A stretch of DNA of 64,000 nucleotides from Candidatus Oxydemutatoraceae bacterium (GTDB taxonomy: Bacteria; Pseudomonadota; Gammaproteobacteria; Poriferisulfidales; Oxydemutatoraceae). The notes under the pieces were generated by a model. It saw nothing but the letters and a program-made list of their open reading frames with translations, did not search any database and had not been told where the DNA came from. Within the stretch, counting starts at the first letter, position 1; each line of letters opens with the position of its first letter. The stretch spans positions 1,504,001 through 1,568,000 of the forward strand of contig OZ244717.1 in assembly GCA_965218975.1 (NCBI GenBank), written 5' to 3'. Of this stretch, positions 19,113 to 30,398 are shown piece after piece. A program made the translations under genes and the position numbers.

Positions 19113-21758
19113 ATGAAAAATAGCTTTGATACCAAAGTACGGCTGATCGCAGGCGACAATCATTTTGAGATTTATAACCCTATCCGTATTCCGTCCGCTG
19201 AGAAATTGCCCTATTCGCTGAAGATTTTACTTGAAAATCTACTGCGCTATGAAGATGGCGAAATTGTAACCTCAACGCAAATTGAGGCATTATTGAAAGC
19301 GCATAATACTACTCATAAACCGCAAGAAATTGCATACCGCCCGGCTCGTATTCTTATGCAAGATTTTACCGGTGTTCCGGCATTGGTTGATCTTGCGGCG
19401 ATGCGTGAAGCAATGAAAGCATTAGGTAAAGACCCTCAAAAAATCAACCCGCTGCAACCGACAGAGTTGGTGATTGATCATTCGCTGCAAGTAGATTCAT
19501 TTGGTACGCCTGAAGCTTTTGACATAAATAAGAAAATTGAGTTTCAGCGGAATAAAGAGCGTTATCGTTTTCTAAAATGGGGACAATCAGCATTTTCCAA
19601 TTTTAAAGTAGTGCCGCCGGGGTCAGGCATCGTTCATCAGGTAAACATTGAATATCTTGCCCGTGTTGTATTCAATGAAAAAAAGAATGGAACTTTGATT
19701 GCCTACCCGGATACATTAGTTGGAACTGATTCGCACACCACGATGGTCAACGGTATCGGAGTACTGGGCTGGGGCGTCGGGGGAATTGAAGCTGAAGCGT
19801 CAATGCTCGGGCAAACGCTTTCGATGTTAATCCCTAAAGTCGTCGGTTTCCGTTTGGACGGCAAATTACCCGAAGGTACGACAGCAACGGATTTGGTGCT
19901 AACAATCGTGCAAATATTACGTGAATATGGCGTAGTCGGTAAGTTTGTTGAATTTTACGGGCCAGGGCTTGCTAATCTCCCGCTGGGGGACCGTTGTACC
20001 ATTGCAAACATGGCTCCTGAGTACGGTGCAACTTGCGGTATTTTTCCAATAGATGATCAGACGCTTAATTATCTTAAGCTAACCGGGCGTTCGATGGAGC
20101 ATATCGCGTTGATCGAAGCCTATGCCAAAGAGACGGGTTTATGGCACGATGACAGCCGCAAGCTACAATTTGATGAAAGGTTACAGCTTGATTTAAAAAC
20201 TGTTGTACCTAGTCTCGCCGGACCTAAGCGCCCGCAGGACCGAATTCAGTTGTCGGCGGCAAAAGAACAATTTATCACATACCTGAAGGGCATTAAAACA
20301 TCTGATAAAAACAACGGAGCAAATATCCGATTACAGAATACGGAATACCGTCTAACGGACGGAAGTGTTGTCATCGCCGCAATTACTTCATGCACCAATA
20401 CTTCGAATCCATCGGTAATGATTGCTGCGGGATTGCTGGCGAAAAAAGCGGCAGAAAAAGGATTGGCGGTAAAACCCTGGGTCAAAACTTCATTAGCGCC
20501 GGGCTCGCGCGCTGTTACCGATTACTTAAAACGGGCCGATTTAATTAAACCATTACAATCTTTGGGATTTTATGTAGTGGGGTACGGTTGCACAACCTGT
20601 ATTGGCAATTCAGGGCCTTTGCCGCCGGAAATTGATCGAACTATTGAAGAAAATGACTTAGCGGCCGCTGCTATTTTATCTGGCAACCGTAATTTTGAAG
20701 GCAGAATTCATCAGAAAGTGCGCTTGAATTACCTGGCCTCCCCTCCTTTAGTGGTTGCGTATGCGCTCGCGGGCACCATGAATTTTGATATGTATCATGA
20801 TTCATTAGGGCAAAATTCCGTCGGGGAAAAAATTTATCTGCGCGACATTTGGCCGACAACCGACGAAGTGGCAGAAATTGAGCGGCAAGTTTTATCTCCG
20901 GAACAATTCGATAGATCTTATGCACACATTTTTGACGGCGATGAACAGTGGCAAGCATTAGCTGTCGATAAAAACATATTGTTTGATTGGTCGGACTCAA
21001 CTTATATCGCCGAACCGCCTTACTTTAGAAGCGCCGCAAATGGCATGAAGAAAGATCATATCGAAAACGCACGCGTTCTTGCTTTTCTCGGCGATTCGGT
21101 CACCACCGACCACATCTCTCCGGCAGGTAGCATTCAACCGGATAGCCCGGCAGGAAAATTTTTGCAGGAACATTCCGTGCACATCAACGAATTTAATTCA
21201 TACGGGGCACGGCGCGGCAACCATCACGTGATGGTGCGTGGCACTTTTGCCAATATTCGTTTACGCAACCGATTGGTGCCGGAAGTTGAAGGCGGATATA
21301 CTCGCCATCTTCCGTCTAATGTACAGATGCCCATTTATGATACGGCAATACGTTATCATCAGGAAAATACGCCGACCATCATATTAGCAGGCAAAGAATA
21401 CGGCAGCGGGTCGTCGCGTGACTGGGCGGCAAAAGGTCCGTTTTTACAAGGCGTTCGGGCAGTTATTGCAGAAAGCTTTGAAAGAATCCACCGTTCTAAT
21501 CTAGTCGGCATGGGAATTCTTCCCTTGCAATATCAAACGCATGAAAACGCTGAAACTCTGCGGCTGAGCGGCGAAGAAATATTTCATATTAAACGGCTGC
21601 GAAACGGAGAATCTCAATTTGCCGAAGTAACAGCGCGCAAAGCAAACGATGAGCTAGTGCAGTTTATTACCCGTGTCAGGATCGATACTCCACGCGAAGA
21701 GGATTACTACAATTGCGGAGGAATACTGCCCTACGTGTTGTCCCAGTTAACGCAGTAA
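19113..21758 (+). CDS. acnA: Aconitate hydratase A
   Basis: MQDFTGVP, GTDSHTTM, AITSCTNTSNP, GYGCTTCIGNSG, TTDHISPAG, GSSRDWAAKG; likely start 19113. Confidence 0.97.
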   Translation: MKNSFDTKVRLIAGDNHFEIYNPIRIPSAEKLPYSLKILLENLLRYEDGEIVTSTQIEALLKAHNTTHKPQEIAYRPARILMQDFTGVPALVDLAAMREAMKALGKDPQKINPLQPTELVIDHSLQVDSFGTPEAFDINKKIEFQRNKERYRFLKWGQSAFSNFKVVPPGSGIVHQVNIEYLARVVFNEKKNGTLIAYPDTLVGTDSHTTMVNGIGVLGWGVGGIEAEASMLGQTLSMLIPKVVGFRLDGKLPEGTTATDLVLTIVQILREYGVVGKFVEFYGPGLANLPLGDRCTIANMAPEYGATCGIFPIDDQTLNYLKLTGRSMEHIALIEAYAKETGLWHDDSRKLQFDERLQLDLKTVVPSLAGPKRPQDRIQLSAAKEQFITYLKGIKTSDKNNGANIRLQNTEYRLTDGSVVIAAITSCTNTSNPSVMIAAGLLAKKAAEKGLAVKPWVKTSLAPGSRAVTDYLKRADLIKPLQSLGFYVVGYGCTTCIGNSGPLPPEIDRTIEENDLAAAAILSGNRNFEGRIHQKVRLNYLASPPLVVAYALAGTMNFDMYHDSLGQNSVGEKIYLRDIWPTTDEVAEIERQVLSPEQFDRSYAHIFDGDEQWQALAVDKNILFDWSDSTYIAEPPYFRSAANGMKKDHIENARVLAFLGDSVTTDHISPAGSIQPDSPAGKFLQEHSVHINEFNSYGARRGNHHVMVRGTFANIRLRNRLVPEVEGGYTRHLPSNVQMPIYDTAIRYHQENTPTIILAGKEYGSGSSRDWAAKGPFLQGVRAVIAESFERIHRSNLVGMGILPLQYQTHENAETLRLSGEEIFHIKRLRNGESQFAEVTARKANDELVQFITRVRIDTPREEDYYNCGGILPYVLSQLTQ

Positions 21759-21980
21759 TCAAATTTCCACATGCAATAGGGGGAAATCCGGTCTCTATTC
21801 ACTTAGGACCGTACGAGCTTAAATACTGATAGTGTAAAGATCGCTCCGGAAATCTTCGCCGGATTCCATTCTTCTTGTTTATAAAGTCTTCACAGGCAAT
21901 TATCGATATTCTCAAAAGGATTCATGGGTCTTTTATTTTCCTGAAAACGGGCCATTAAATTGTTTGGAACAAAACGTGGA

Positions 21981-23369
21981 TCATGTGCCGTCAGTATTGT
22001 CACCGCTTATTAATCGTCTGGGATCAAGCAAGCGAATCAATTCATTTTCGGAAAGATTGGTTTCCTCACATGCAACCTCAAGCACTGGTCGTTCCTCGGT
22101 GTATGCTTTTTTAGCGATGTAAGCACCTTTTTCATAACCGATCACCCGATTCAGCGCGGTAACGAGAATCGGATTTTTCCCCAACGGCTCCGAGATACGT
22201 TTTTGATTAACGGTAAATCTCATAATGACTTTATCAGCCAGTAGATGCGCACAATTCGCTAGCAGCTGTATGCTTTGTAATAGGTTATATGCAGCTACCG
22301 GCAGCATCACATTTAATTGAAAATTGCCGCTCTGCCCCGCTACCGCGATGGTTGTATCATTACCAATTACCTGAGCACAGACCATGGCAACGGCTTCCGG
22401 AATAACCGGATTGACTTTGCCCGGCATAATACTGCTACCCGGTTGCAACGCCGGCAGATTAATTTCACCCAAACCCGCAAGCGGCCCCGAATTCATCCAA
22501 CGTAGATCATTCGCAATTTTCATCAAACTGACGGCAAGAGTACGCAATTGACCACTCATCTCAACTGCGGCATCTTGTGTACTTAACGCCTCGCACTTAT
22601 CGGGTTTAGGTTTAAAGGCCAATTGAACACATTGGCTTAACTCTTGACAGAACAATGCAGAAAAGCGCGGGTCGCAGTTAACGCCTGTCCCAACTGCCGT
22701 ACCGCCTTGCGCTAATTCCAACAGACGTGGCATAGAGGCATCAATCCGTTGCAGCGAATAATCAACCTGTGCCGCCCACGCGTTGAGTTCTTGTTCCAAT
22801 GTAACCGGCATTGCATCCATCAAATGCGTACGTCCGGTTTTCACTACATTTGAATATTCTCCGGCACGCTGATGCAATACTTGAGATAGATGGTCCAAAC
22901 CGGGTTTTAACTGTTCTTCAAGCGCAATACATGCGCTGACATGCACTGCTGTCGGTATGACATCATTTGAGCTTTGACTCATATTTACGTGGTCATTCGA
23001 ATGAATCGTCAGACCGGACTGCTTACTTGCAAGATTCGCGATTACTTCATTCATATTCATATTTGAACTTGTGCCTGAACCGGTCTGGAACACATCTACC
23101 GGAAAATGCTTATCGTATGCGCTGCTTTCAATTGAATGCGCCGCTGCAATGATTGCATCGGCAAAGTCGCCATCAAGCAAACCAATCTTTTGATTAGTTA
23201 AAGCGCAACAACGCTTGATCAACGCCAATACACGAATAAAAATTTGCGGCATTTTCAAGCCGCTGATCGGAAAATTTTCCACAGCGCGTTGGGTTTGAGC
23301 GGAATACAATGCGTCAATGGGAACTTTGATTGTTCCCATGCTGTCCTTTTCCGTGCGGAAACTAGCCAT
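21981..23369 (-). CDS. fumC: Class II fumarate hydratase
   Basis: FQTGSGTSSNMN, KTGRTHLMDA, GSSIMPGKVNP. Confidence 0.95.
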   Translation of the reverse strand: MASFRTEKDSMGTIKVPIDALYSAQTQRAVENFPISGLKMPQIFIRVLALIKRCCALTNQKIGLLDGDFADAIIAAAHSIESSAYDKHFPVDVFQTGSGTSSNMNMNEVIANLASKQSGLTIHSNDHVNMSQSSNDVIPTAVHVSACIALEEQLKPGLDHLSQVLHQRAGEYSNVVKTGRTHLMDAMPVTLEQELNAWAAQVDYSLQRIDASMPRLLELAQGGTAVGTGVNCDPRFSALFCQELSQCVQLAFKPKPDKCEALSTQDAAVEMSGQLRTLAVSLMKIANDLRWMNSGPLAGLGEINLPALQPGSSIMPGKVNPVIPEAVAMVCAQVIGNDTTIAVAGQSGNFQLNVMLPVAAYNLLQSIQLLANCAHLLADKVIMRFTVNQKRISEPLGKNPILVTALNRVIGYEKGAYIAKKAYTEERPVLEVACEETNLSENELIRLLDPRRLISGDNTDGT

Positions 23370-23489
23370 TGAGTCTAACTTTTACTGAAATTTTTGCGGC
23401 GTTATACCTTATAATACAACACCTAGTTAGGATAGGACAAAGAATTGCATGACTCTCCGTACATTTCTATTCAGAAACAACAATAAGGC

Positions 23490-24869
23490 ATGTCATCGCT
23501 TCCGCTCTCACCGTTGACAGCCATAGCGCCTAGCGACGGACGTTATGCAAACAAAACAGAAAGCTTGCGTCGCTGGTTCAGCGAATACGGACTGATAGCG
23601 CAACGCATCGAAATTGAAATTGCATGGTTTAAGTACCTGGTCAATACAGAAACCCTTCCCGAGATTTTGCAATCGCCGACCGACATAATTCAATTTTTAG
23701 ATGAACTCCAAGAAAACTTTGACGAACAAGAAGCCTTGCGTGTAAAAGAGATAGAACAAGTGACTAAGCATGATGTTAAAGCCGTTGAATATTATTTAAG
23801 GAAATGCTTTAAGAAAAATAAGAAACATGCTCATTTAGAAAGATTTATACACTTCGCATGTACTTCCGAAGATATTAATAACCTTGCATGGGCACGGATT
23901 ATACGGCAAGCGCGAGAACAAGTTTTATTGCCGGCTTATGGAAAAATTCATGACAAATTATTAACAATGGCGCGACAATATGCCAGTTTACCAATGCTTG
24001 CATATACACATGGCCAGCCTGCTTCACCGACTACGCTTGGCAAAGAATTAATCAATGTAGTGGCACGTCTTGACCGGCAATTGCAAATATTGAAACGCTT
24101 GCCTGTTACAGGCAAATTTAACGGCGCTGTCGGGAACTATAACGCACATCATATTGCATACCCCGAAGCCGATTGGCAGAAAATAAGCATAGCATTCATA
24201 AAAAGTTTAGGGCTCGAACCGATAACTTACACGACACAGATTGAGCCACACGATACACTTGCCGAGATTCTCAATAGCATCGCTCGCAATAATCAAATTT
24301 TACTAGATTTATGCCGGGATATTTGGGGGTATATTGCTTTGCGTTTATTTACCCAAAAGATTCAAACCGAAGAGACCGGCTCCTCAACTATGCCGCATAA
24401 AGTCAATCCGATAGACTTTGAAAATGCCGAAGGCAACATTGGTATTGCAAACGCAATCGCCGCACATTTGGCAGAAAAGTTACCGATATCGCGCTGGCAA
24501 CGCGACCTATCCGATTCGACCGCATTACGTACGCTCGGATTAGTATTTGCCCATACATTGATCGCACTTGAATCACTAAACAAAGGGCTAGAAAAAATTA
24601 AACCGAATACAAAGCGGTTACAAGAAGAACTTGATCAACATTGGGAAGTTTTGACAGAAGCAATTCAGACAGTTATGCGTCGCTATAATATCGACAATGG
24701 TTATGAGCGGCTAAAAGAATTAACTCGCGGTAAAAGCATTACAAAAAACGACTTGCATGTGCTGCTGGAAACTTTGGATTTACCTTCCGAAGTTCGGAAA
24801 GGGCTGAAAAAATTAACACCTGCCGACTATATCGGACTTGCCGAGGAAATGACTAAAGCATACCGATAG
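23490..24869 (+). CDS. purB: Adenylosuccinate lyase
   Basis: HDVKAVEY, HFACTSEDINN, THGQPASPTT, GSSTMPHKVNPIDFEN. Confidence 0.97.
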   Translation: MSSLPLSPLTAIAPSDGRYANKTESLRRWFSEYGLIAQRIEIEIAWFKYLVNTETLPEILQSPTDIIQFLDELQENFDEQEALRVKEIEQVTKHDVKAVEYYLRKCFKKNKKHAHLERFIHFACTSEDINNLAWARIIRQAREQVLLPAYGKIHDKLLTMARQYASLPMLAYTHGQPASPTTLGKELINVVARLDRQLQILKRLPVTGKFNGAVGNYNAHHIAYPEADWQKISIAFIKSLGLEPITYTTQIEPHDTLAEILNSIARNNQILLDLCRDIWGYIALRLFTQKIQTEETGSSTMPHKVNPIDFENAEGNIGIANAIAAHLAEKLPISRWQRDLSDSTALRTLGLVFAHTLIALESLNKGLEKIKPNTKRLQEELDQHWEVLTEAIQTVMRRYNIDNGYERLKELTRGKSITKNDLHVLLETLDLPSEVRKGLKKLTPADYIGLAEEMTKAYR

Positions 24870-24898
24870 CCAATTTTTTTGATTAGCATCAAGCTTTT

Positions 24899-25942
24899 TT
24901 ATTCATTCAAGAGTTCAAGAATTTCTTTTGTGCTATTAGTTAAGGCATTATACGACGCATCGGGCATTTCGTAGATACGGTTCTCAGTTAATACTGCAAT
25001 TTGCCGAGCTTTTTCCTTTGCTTCCATAGTTGCATCATCAGCGCTAGTTGCCGTAATTTCAAACAGATCTTTTTCTAAGCGCTGATACGCATCAATTGTA
25101 ATTATCATCTTATCGAGTGTCGTATATTCGGCGACTATCGGCTCGCTTGGAGGTGTGCTTTTTTTACTTTCGGCGGAAGCAAATATGCTTTCTTTAGACC
25201 ACAGTTGCTTGAATTTCATATAGTCCACTACCGATACGAATTGATTAATACGAAAATTTACGTCACTTTCGGGTAATTCCTTTTTATCATTAGAATCATG
25301 CTTCAGCTGTAACTTGTCTGATGAATTGTCACGTATTATTTCAAATAATTTACCGCTGGATTGATCATTGATTTTGATTTGCAGAATATCTTCACGTTCG
25401 AGATGAAGAATTTGGGTATCCAGCCATTCATTCAATATCTTGCTGACATTGAAACGGCGGTTTATCAGCCAACTTTCATCTTCATCAAGTTTGCGCACAT
25501 ACTGTCCTTGACTTAGCTGGGAACTAAAATTACCCAGAATTAAATCATAATGGAAGGCATCGGCGGTAAGCGAGACCAGAGTATTACTTGCCTTAGAGTT
25601 TTTCGGATCATCTACGCCAAGGCGAGTGTAATAAGCGGAATCGGAAGTTTTCTTTTCCAATTTTTCAGCCTCAAGAAATGTCCTAAGCAATTGACGAATT
25701 TTCGTTCCGTCGGCAGGGTAGCCATCTAGTTGAGGAAGAATCCAACCACGCGCCGCATCACGTGTCAACTCGATATTTTCTTGGTTTGATTGCACATTAA
25801 CCTTTGTAACCTGATTTAGCTTTTCAAGATTAAGTTCGGGAAATAAAACCCGGCTTTCTACTTTCTTCTCCTTGGGCAGAAGAACAATAACCGCAGCGAT
25901 GATTGCGATTAAAGCGAGCGCTCCGAGGATTTTCAGATTCAT
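24899..25942 (-). CDS. DUF4340-type membrane-anchored protein of the Gld-like ABC operon
   Basis: N-terminal TM helix, GYPAD, LILG...YVR motifs; last gene of the ATPase-permease-GldG operon. Confidence 0.7.
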   Translation of the reverse strand: MNLKILGALALIAIIAAVIVLLPKEKKVESRVLFPELNLEKLNQVTKVNVQSNQENIELTRDAARGWILPQLDGYPADGTKIRQLLRTFLEAEKLEKKTSDSAYYTRLGVDDPKNSKASNTLVSLTADAFHYDLILGNFSSQLSQGQYVRKLDEDESWLINRRFNVSKILNEWLDTQILHLEREDILQIKINDQSSGKLFEIIRDNSSDKLQLKHDSNDKKELPESDVNFRINQFVSVVDYMKFKQLWSKESIFASAESKKSTPPSEPIVAEYTTLDKMIITIDAYQRLEKDLFEITATSADDATMEAKEKARQIAVLTENRIYEMPDASYNALTNSTKEILELLNE

Positions 25943-27852
25943 GCTGCGCTTATCTCCTTATATTGATTACGTACTCGCAAGAATCCCAAAATCGCGGCAA
26001 TCAGCATCACCAGCAAAGGAACTAGGCCGATGTTAATAATTTTCAATGTCGTGCCTAAATTTTCAATATCCTCATTTTGCTGATGCAGCACATGACGTAA
26101 TTGCTTGCGCACTTTAATCTTTTTCTGTCGCGCGTTATTCAATTCCCGTTGCTGCTCTTGAGTTAATAAAGCGCTTTGTTTGTCTGCTTTTTCTTTTTGC
26201 AACTCACGTAATCTAGCTTCAATTTGGTTCAGTTCTTTTTGCAATTGTTCGGCAGTTTCTCGATATTTTTGATCGGCTTCGGTTTCAATTTTGTCAATCC
26301 GAGTAAACGGTCGAGAGTAGCTTGCGCGGCTGCGAATATTGATCAGATTAGTATCTCCAAAAAGACTTTCAAGTAAATTAACAACAAAATCGCCATTGCC
26401 GGCAAGCGGTTGTACAATGCGTCGACCAAAGAAATTTTGCACTCGAACCCACATAGAGTCGGTTAACAAATCCGTATCGGCAATGACTACTAACTCAGCC
26501 TGATTTTTTGTCGCGGCAAGATGTGCGCGAGGCTCCGGAGCATCGGATTCATTTTCATCGTCGTTCTGCGGCGCTTGCGTAAACGCACTTTTAAGTTTAC
26601 CGCGAACTCGAGCCGCAAGAATATATTTCTCCCCGGTCGCTTTAAATCCTCGCTGTAATATGTCAGGGTTCGCCATAAACCGAAATTGCTGCAGCGGAAT
26701 CGGCATTGAATTTTTGGAAGTGGTAATCAAAGGATCAATCTTAACGGCAGCATCCTCCGGATTATTAGCTTTAATATACGAGGACATGCCGAAGTTCACC
26801 GATTGCAAGCCTGACATTGCGGCATCGTCAATATCAAAATCTTGCTGTTTTGTTCCGACCATTGCGATATGACGGACAATACTGCCGGTACTTAAGCTAG
26901 CTTTTAATGCTCGTTTACGATCGCCAATGACTGAATTTTCATCGACACTGAATCCCCAAGAATCAAATAAACGATTTAACGAAGAACTTTTGGCATGGGA
27001 ATCTTGTAGCGGTTGATTTTCCGGGATCGGTAGAAATTCAGCATTGGCAAACGGGTCGACAAAAAATAAACCCCTCCCCCCGCGCATAATAAACTGATCA
27101 ATCGCATACAGCGTACTGTCTCCAAGATTTTTCGGATGGACTACCATTAAAACATCAATTTCTTCTTCAATCTCAGTCGCGTCACTGAGTACCAAGCGAA
27201 CGTCAAATAACTTTTCAATTTGTTCGGTAATCACCCACGAGTTATTCATTCTTCCGGTCTGCGGGTCTATTTGAGTCGGATACATACTCAGCGTCGTCAT
27301 GATACCCATTACCGGCTTTTTTAGCCGAGTCAAGCTATAAATTAATTGCCCGAGCTCATATTCCAGAAATATTTCCTTATTGGACTGGAAAAATGGAATG
27401 ACTTCGACGTCATCGACAATGTTTGTTCCGGCAAGACCAAAGTACAAAGTCTCGTCGCCAACCGACACCGCTTGTATACCCACCTGCGTAGCGCGGTCTT
27501 CATCTTCGGAGAAAGGTTCCGGGTCAATGTAGGAAATCTTTAGCATATCATTTGAACGCAAACGATATTCTTCCAGCATCTCTTTTACTCGTACATGATG
27601 GTTTCTAATTTGCGGGTAGTCCCGCGAGGCTTTTTCCGAAAAAAATAAATATAGATTAATCGGCTGTTTGATATCAGCCAAAATATTGCGCGTTCCTTCG
27701 GAAAGAGTATAAAGATTCTTCTCGGTTAAATCTAAACGCACATTTCGAAATATGGAATTATTGATCACAACCAACGCAATAAATAATATTGCCAGCACCA
27801 AAAATGAAATGCCTTTTGACAGACGGGAAGTATTCAATCCAAGTTTTGCCAC
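25939..27852 (-). CDS. GldG-like ABC transporter auxiliary component
   Basis: RLDLTEKNLYTLSEGT, IDPEPFSEDED, AIDQFIMRGG, C-terminal coiled coil and TM helix. Confidence 0.85.
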   Translation of the reverse strand: MAKLGLNTSRLSKGISFLVLAILFIALVVINNSIFRNVRLDLTEKNLYTLSEGTRNILADIKQPINLYLFFSEKASRDYPQIRNHHVRVKEMLEEYRLRSNDMLKISYIDPEPFSEDEDRATQVGIQAVSVGDETLYFGLAGTNIVDDVEVIPFFQSNKEIFLEYELGQLIYSLTRLKKPVMGIMTTLSMYPTQIDPQTGRMNNSWVITEQIEKLFDVRLVLSDATEIEEEIDVLMVVHPKNLGDSTLYAIDQFIMRGGRGLFFVDPFANAEFLPIPENQPLQDSHAKSSSLNRLFDSWGFSVDENSVIGDRKRALKASLSTGSIVRHIAMVGTKQQDFDIDDAAMSGLQSVNFGMSSYIKANNPEDAAVKIDPLITTSKNSMPIPLQQFRFMANPDILQRGFKATGEKYILAARVRGKLKSAFTQAPQNDDENESDAPEPRAHLAATKNQAELVVIADTDLLTDSMWVRVQNFFGRRIVQPLAGNGDFVVNLLESLFGDTNLINIRSRASYSRPFTRIDKIETEADQKYRETAEQLQKELNQIEARLRELQKEKADKQSALLTQEQQRELNNARQKKIKVRKQLRHVLHQQNEDIENLGTTLKIINIGLVPLLVMLIAAILGFLRVRNQYKEISAA

Positions 27853-27871
27853 TTAGTAAATCTCCTTCGCG

Positions 27872-28606
27872 CTATTCGGCTTTTTTCATTTCAAGCACAA
27901 TTGCGTTGGCGACCAACCAGACTACAATTATCAGCACAAAAAATATTATGTCATGCAAAGCCAACACGCCTTTGCTAATTGAAGCAAAGTGAGTAAAAAA
28001 GCTCAATGAAGCAATCGCATCAACTAAAATTTGCGGCAGCCAATTCCGAAAAGCGTCTAACACAATGGGGAAACTGCTCAGTAAGAATAGAAAGCAAATT
28101 ACAATGCTAATGATAAACGCAATGACTTGATTTTTAGTTGTAGCGGAAATGCATGAACCGATCGCAAGGAATCCTCCTGCCATCAATAAGCTGCCTAGAT
28201 ACGCAGCTAAAATAGCGCCATTGTCAGGTTCGCCAAGATAATTGACGGTAATCCATATTGGAAAAGTCAGCAGTAGCGCGATTGCAATAAACAACCAGGC
28301 GGCAAAAAATTTTCCGAGTACGGCTTGTATCGTTGTAATCGGCAGCGTCATTAATAATTCCAAGCTACCGGTTTTACGTTCCTCAGCCCATAAGCGCATT
28401 GAAATTGCCGGTACTAAAAATAGATAAAGCCAAGGATGAAAATTAAAAAAGGAACCGAGGTTTGCTTGCCGGTTCTCATAAAAATTGCCTAAATAGAAAG
28501 TAAACGTCATGCTAAGCGCTAGAAAAATCACAATGAATACATAGGCAAGCGGCGTTGCAAAATAGCTGCTTAATTCACGCCGAAAAATAACCAATATGGC
28601 ATTCAT
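27872..28606 (-). CDS. GldF-like ABC-2 permease
   Basis: RRELSSYFATPLAYV, MRLWAEERKTGSLELLMTLP, TKNQVIAF. Confidence 0.88.
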   Translation of the reverse strand: MNAILVIFRRELSSYFATPLAYVFIVIFLALSMTFTFYLGNFYENRQANLGSFFNFHPWLYLFLVPAISMRLWAEERKTGSLELLMTLPITTIQAVLGKFFAAWLFIAIALLLTFPIWITVNYLGEPDNGAILAAYLGSLLMAGGFLAIGSCISATTKNQVIAFIISIVICFLFLLSSFPIVLDAFRNWLPQILVDAIASLSFFTHFASISKGVLALHDIIFFVLIIVVWLVANAIVLEMKKAE

Positions 28607-29532
28607 GCCATGCTTCCTTGCGTGATAGTGCGAAATACTTCATCTAGTTTGCCATATTCGCTCTGTATATTACTAATATTCCATTGTTTTTCTTTTGCCA
28701 TCCGACTTATTTTCGGATATAAGGGTTGCCGCCCTTTGGATACAACTATAATGTTTCCGGTCAAATGACGCTCAACCGCCTCAACTTCCGGTAATTGTTC
28801 TAATTGCTGAACAATATCTTCATCACCTTCTTTAATTTGCAAGCTTACCCCATTATGATATCGCGATCTCTCAAGTAGATTTGCGGGAGTCTCATCAATC
28901 AATAAACATCCTTCGGCAATAATCATCGCACGGCTACATACCGCACTGACCTCCTCTAGGATATGGGTTGAAATGATGACAATCTTATCTTTTGTTAGAG
29001 AGGTAATTAACTGACGTACCTGATGCTTTTGGTTTGGGTCCAAACCATCGGTCGGCTCGTCCATGATTAGAACTTTAGGATCGTGGATCATTGCTTGCGC
29101 AAGGCCAACACGTCTTTTAAATCCTTTAGATAAAGTTTCAATCGATTGAAGCAACACTTTATGCAATTCTAGTTTTTCGACGACGTTGTCAAACCCTTTT
29201 TTGGCATCCGTTGAATTTAGCCGACGGATCTTAGTAACAAATTTTAAAAACTCCCGCACACTCATCTCACCGTAGACAGGCGCTCCTTCGGGCAAGTATC
29301 CGATGATCGATTTGGCTTGAACCGCTTGTTTTGTGATGTCCCAATCACAAATTTGCACGCTGCCCTCACTTGGTTCCAAAAAACCGGTCAGCATTTTCAT
29401 AGTCGTCGACTTTCCGGCGCCATTCGGACCGAGAAAGCCGAGCACTTCCCCTTCTTCTACCGAAAAACTTAACTGGTCAACCGCAAGGCAAGACCCGAAA
29501 CGTTTGCTTAGATTTTCAACAGCGATACTCAT
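28603..29532 (-). CDS. GldA-like ABC ATP-binding protein
   Basis: GPNGAGKSTT, LSKGFKRRVG, MDEPTDGLDPNQ, STHILEEV. Confidence 0.9.
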   Translation of the reverse strand: MSIAVENLSKRFGSCLAVDQLSFSVEEGEVLGFLGPNGAGKSTTMKMLTGFLEPSEGSVQICDWDITKQAVQAKSIIGYLPEGAPVYGEMSVREFLKFVTKIRRLNSTDAKKGFDNVVEKLELHKVLLQSIETLSKGFKRRVGLAQAMIHDPKVLIMDEPTDGLDPNQKHQVRQLITSLTKDKIVIISTHILEEVSAVCSRAMIIAEGCLLIDETPANLLERSRYHNGVSLQIKEGDEDIVQQLEQLPEVEAVERHLTGNIIVVSKGRQPLYPKISRMAKEKQWNISNIQSEYGKLDEVFRTITQGSMA

Positions 29533-29612
29533 AGTTGTTTACACAAAGCCATATTTCTAGTGACCTTGCCATTTTTAGCGGCTTTTATCGTTAGAAACTT
29601 TTCAAAAAGACG

Positions 29613-30398
29613 TTATTTTAATAATTTTTTAGCAACTTGCAAATCCTTTTCGCAGTTAATCCCTAAAGCAATTTTAGTCGTTGCATCACCGACATGAATT
29701 CTATCCCCGTGCACCAGCGCCCGCAACTGTTCAAGCGATTCCACACGCTCGGGAATTGTTTGAGGCAACGCGGTAAAACGCGCCAAATAAGCGCAACGGT
29801 AGGCGTAAATACCAAGGTGATGATAATATAGACAAGTATCCTTTATTCCATCGCTAAAATCTTCATATCCTCTCGCATTATTCACATAATAAGGAATCGC
29901 CGCACGACTGAAATATAACGCGAAATTCTGTCGATCTCGCACTACCTTAACAATATTCGGATCGTTAACATTTTCCCGTGTCAGAGGCAAAGTTAAAGTT
30001 GCAATTTCAGCGCCGCTTGCAGCTAAATCATCGGCAACACGCCGTACGTCGTCGGCGGCAATAAACGGCTCATCGCCTTGTATATTTACGACAATGCATT
30101 CATCTTCCCATGCCAATGCTTTGACAGTTTCAGCGATACGATCAGTCCCGGTAGAATGGGCCAAAGCGGTAACATAAACATTACCGCCGAAAGCATGCAC
30201 ACAATCCGCAACTTGTGAAGCATCGGTTGCGACGATGACTTGTTCGGCGCCACTGCTCACAGCATTCTGGTAAACATGTTCAATTAAGGTTTTATCAGTT
30301 AGTTTCAGCAGAGGCTTGTTCGGCAGACGCCGCGATCCTATATGTGCCGGTATCACGACGCGAAATTCATTTACTCTGCCGCTCTTTGTAAGACTCAT
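29613..30398 (-). CDS. kdsB: CMP-Kdo synthetase
   Basis: [44 protein letters not shown]. Confidence 0.95.
   Translation of the reverse strand: MSLTKSGRVNEFRVVIPAHIGSRRLPNKPLLKLTDKTLIEHVYQNAVSSGAEQVIVATDASQVADCVHAFGGNVYVTALAHSTGTDRIAETVKALAWEDECIVVNIQGDEPFIAADDVRRVADDLAASGAEIATLTLPLTRENVNDPNIVKVVRDRQNFALYFSRAAIPYYVNNARGYEDFSDGIKDTCLYYHHLGIYAYRCAYLARFTALPQTIPERVESLEQLRALVHGDRIHVGDATTKIALGINCEKDLQVAKKLLK

Noticed and set aside
21759-21980. Small gene or RNA between acnA and fumC
   Set aside because: Only very short ORFs and no recognisable structure
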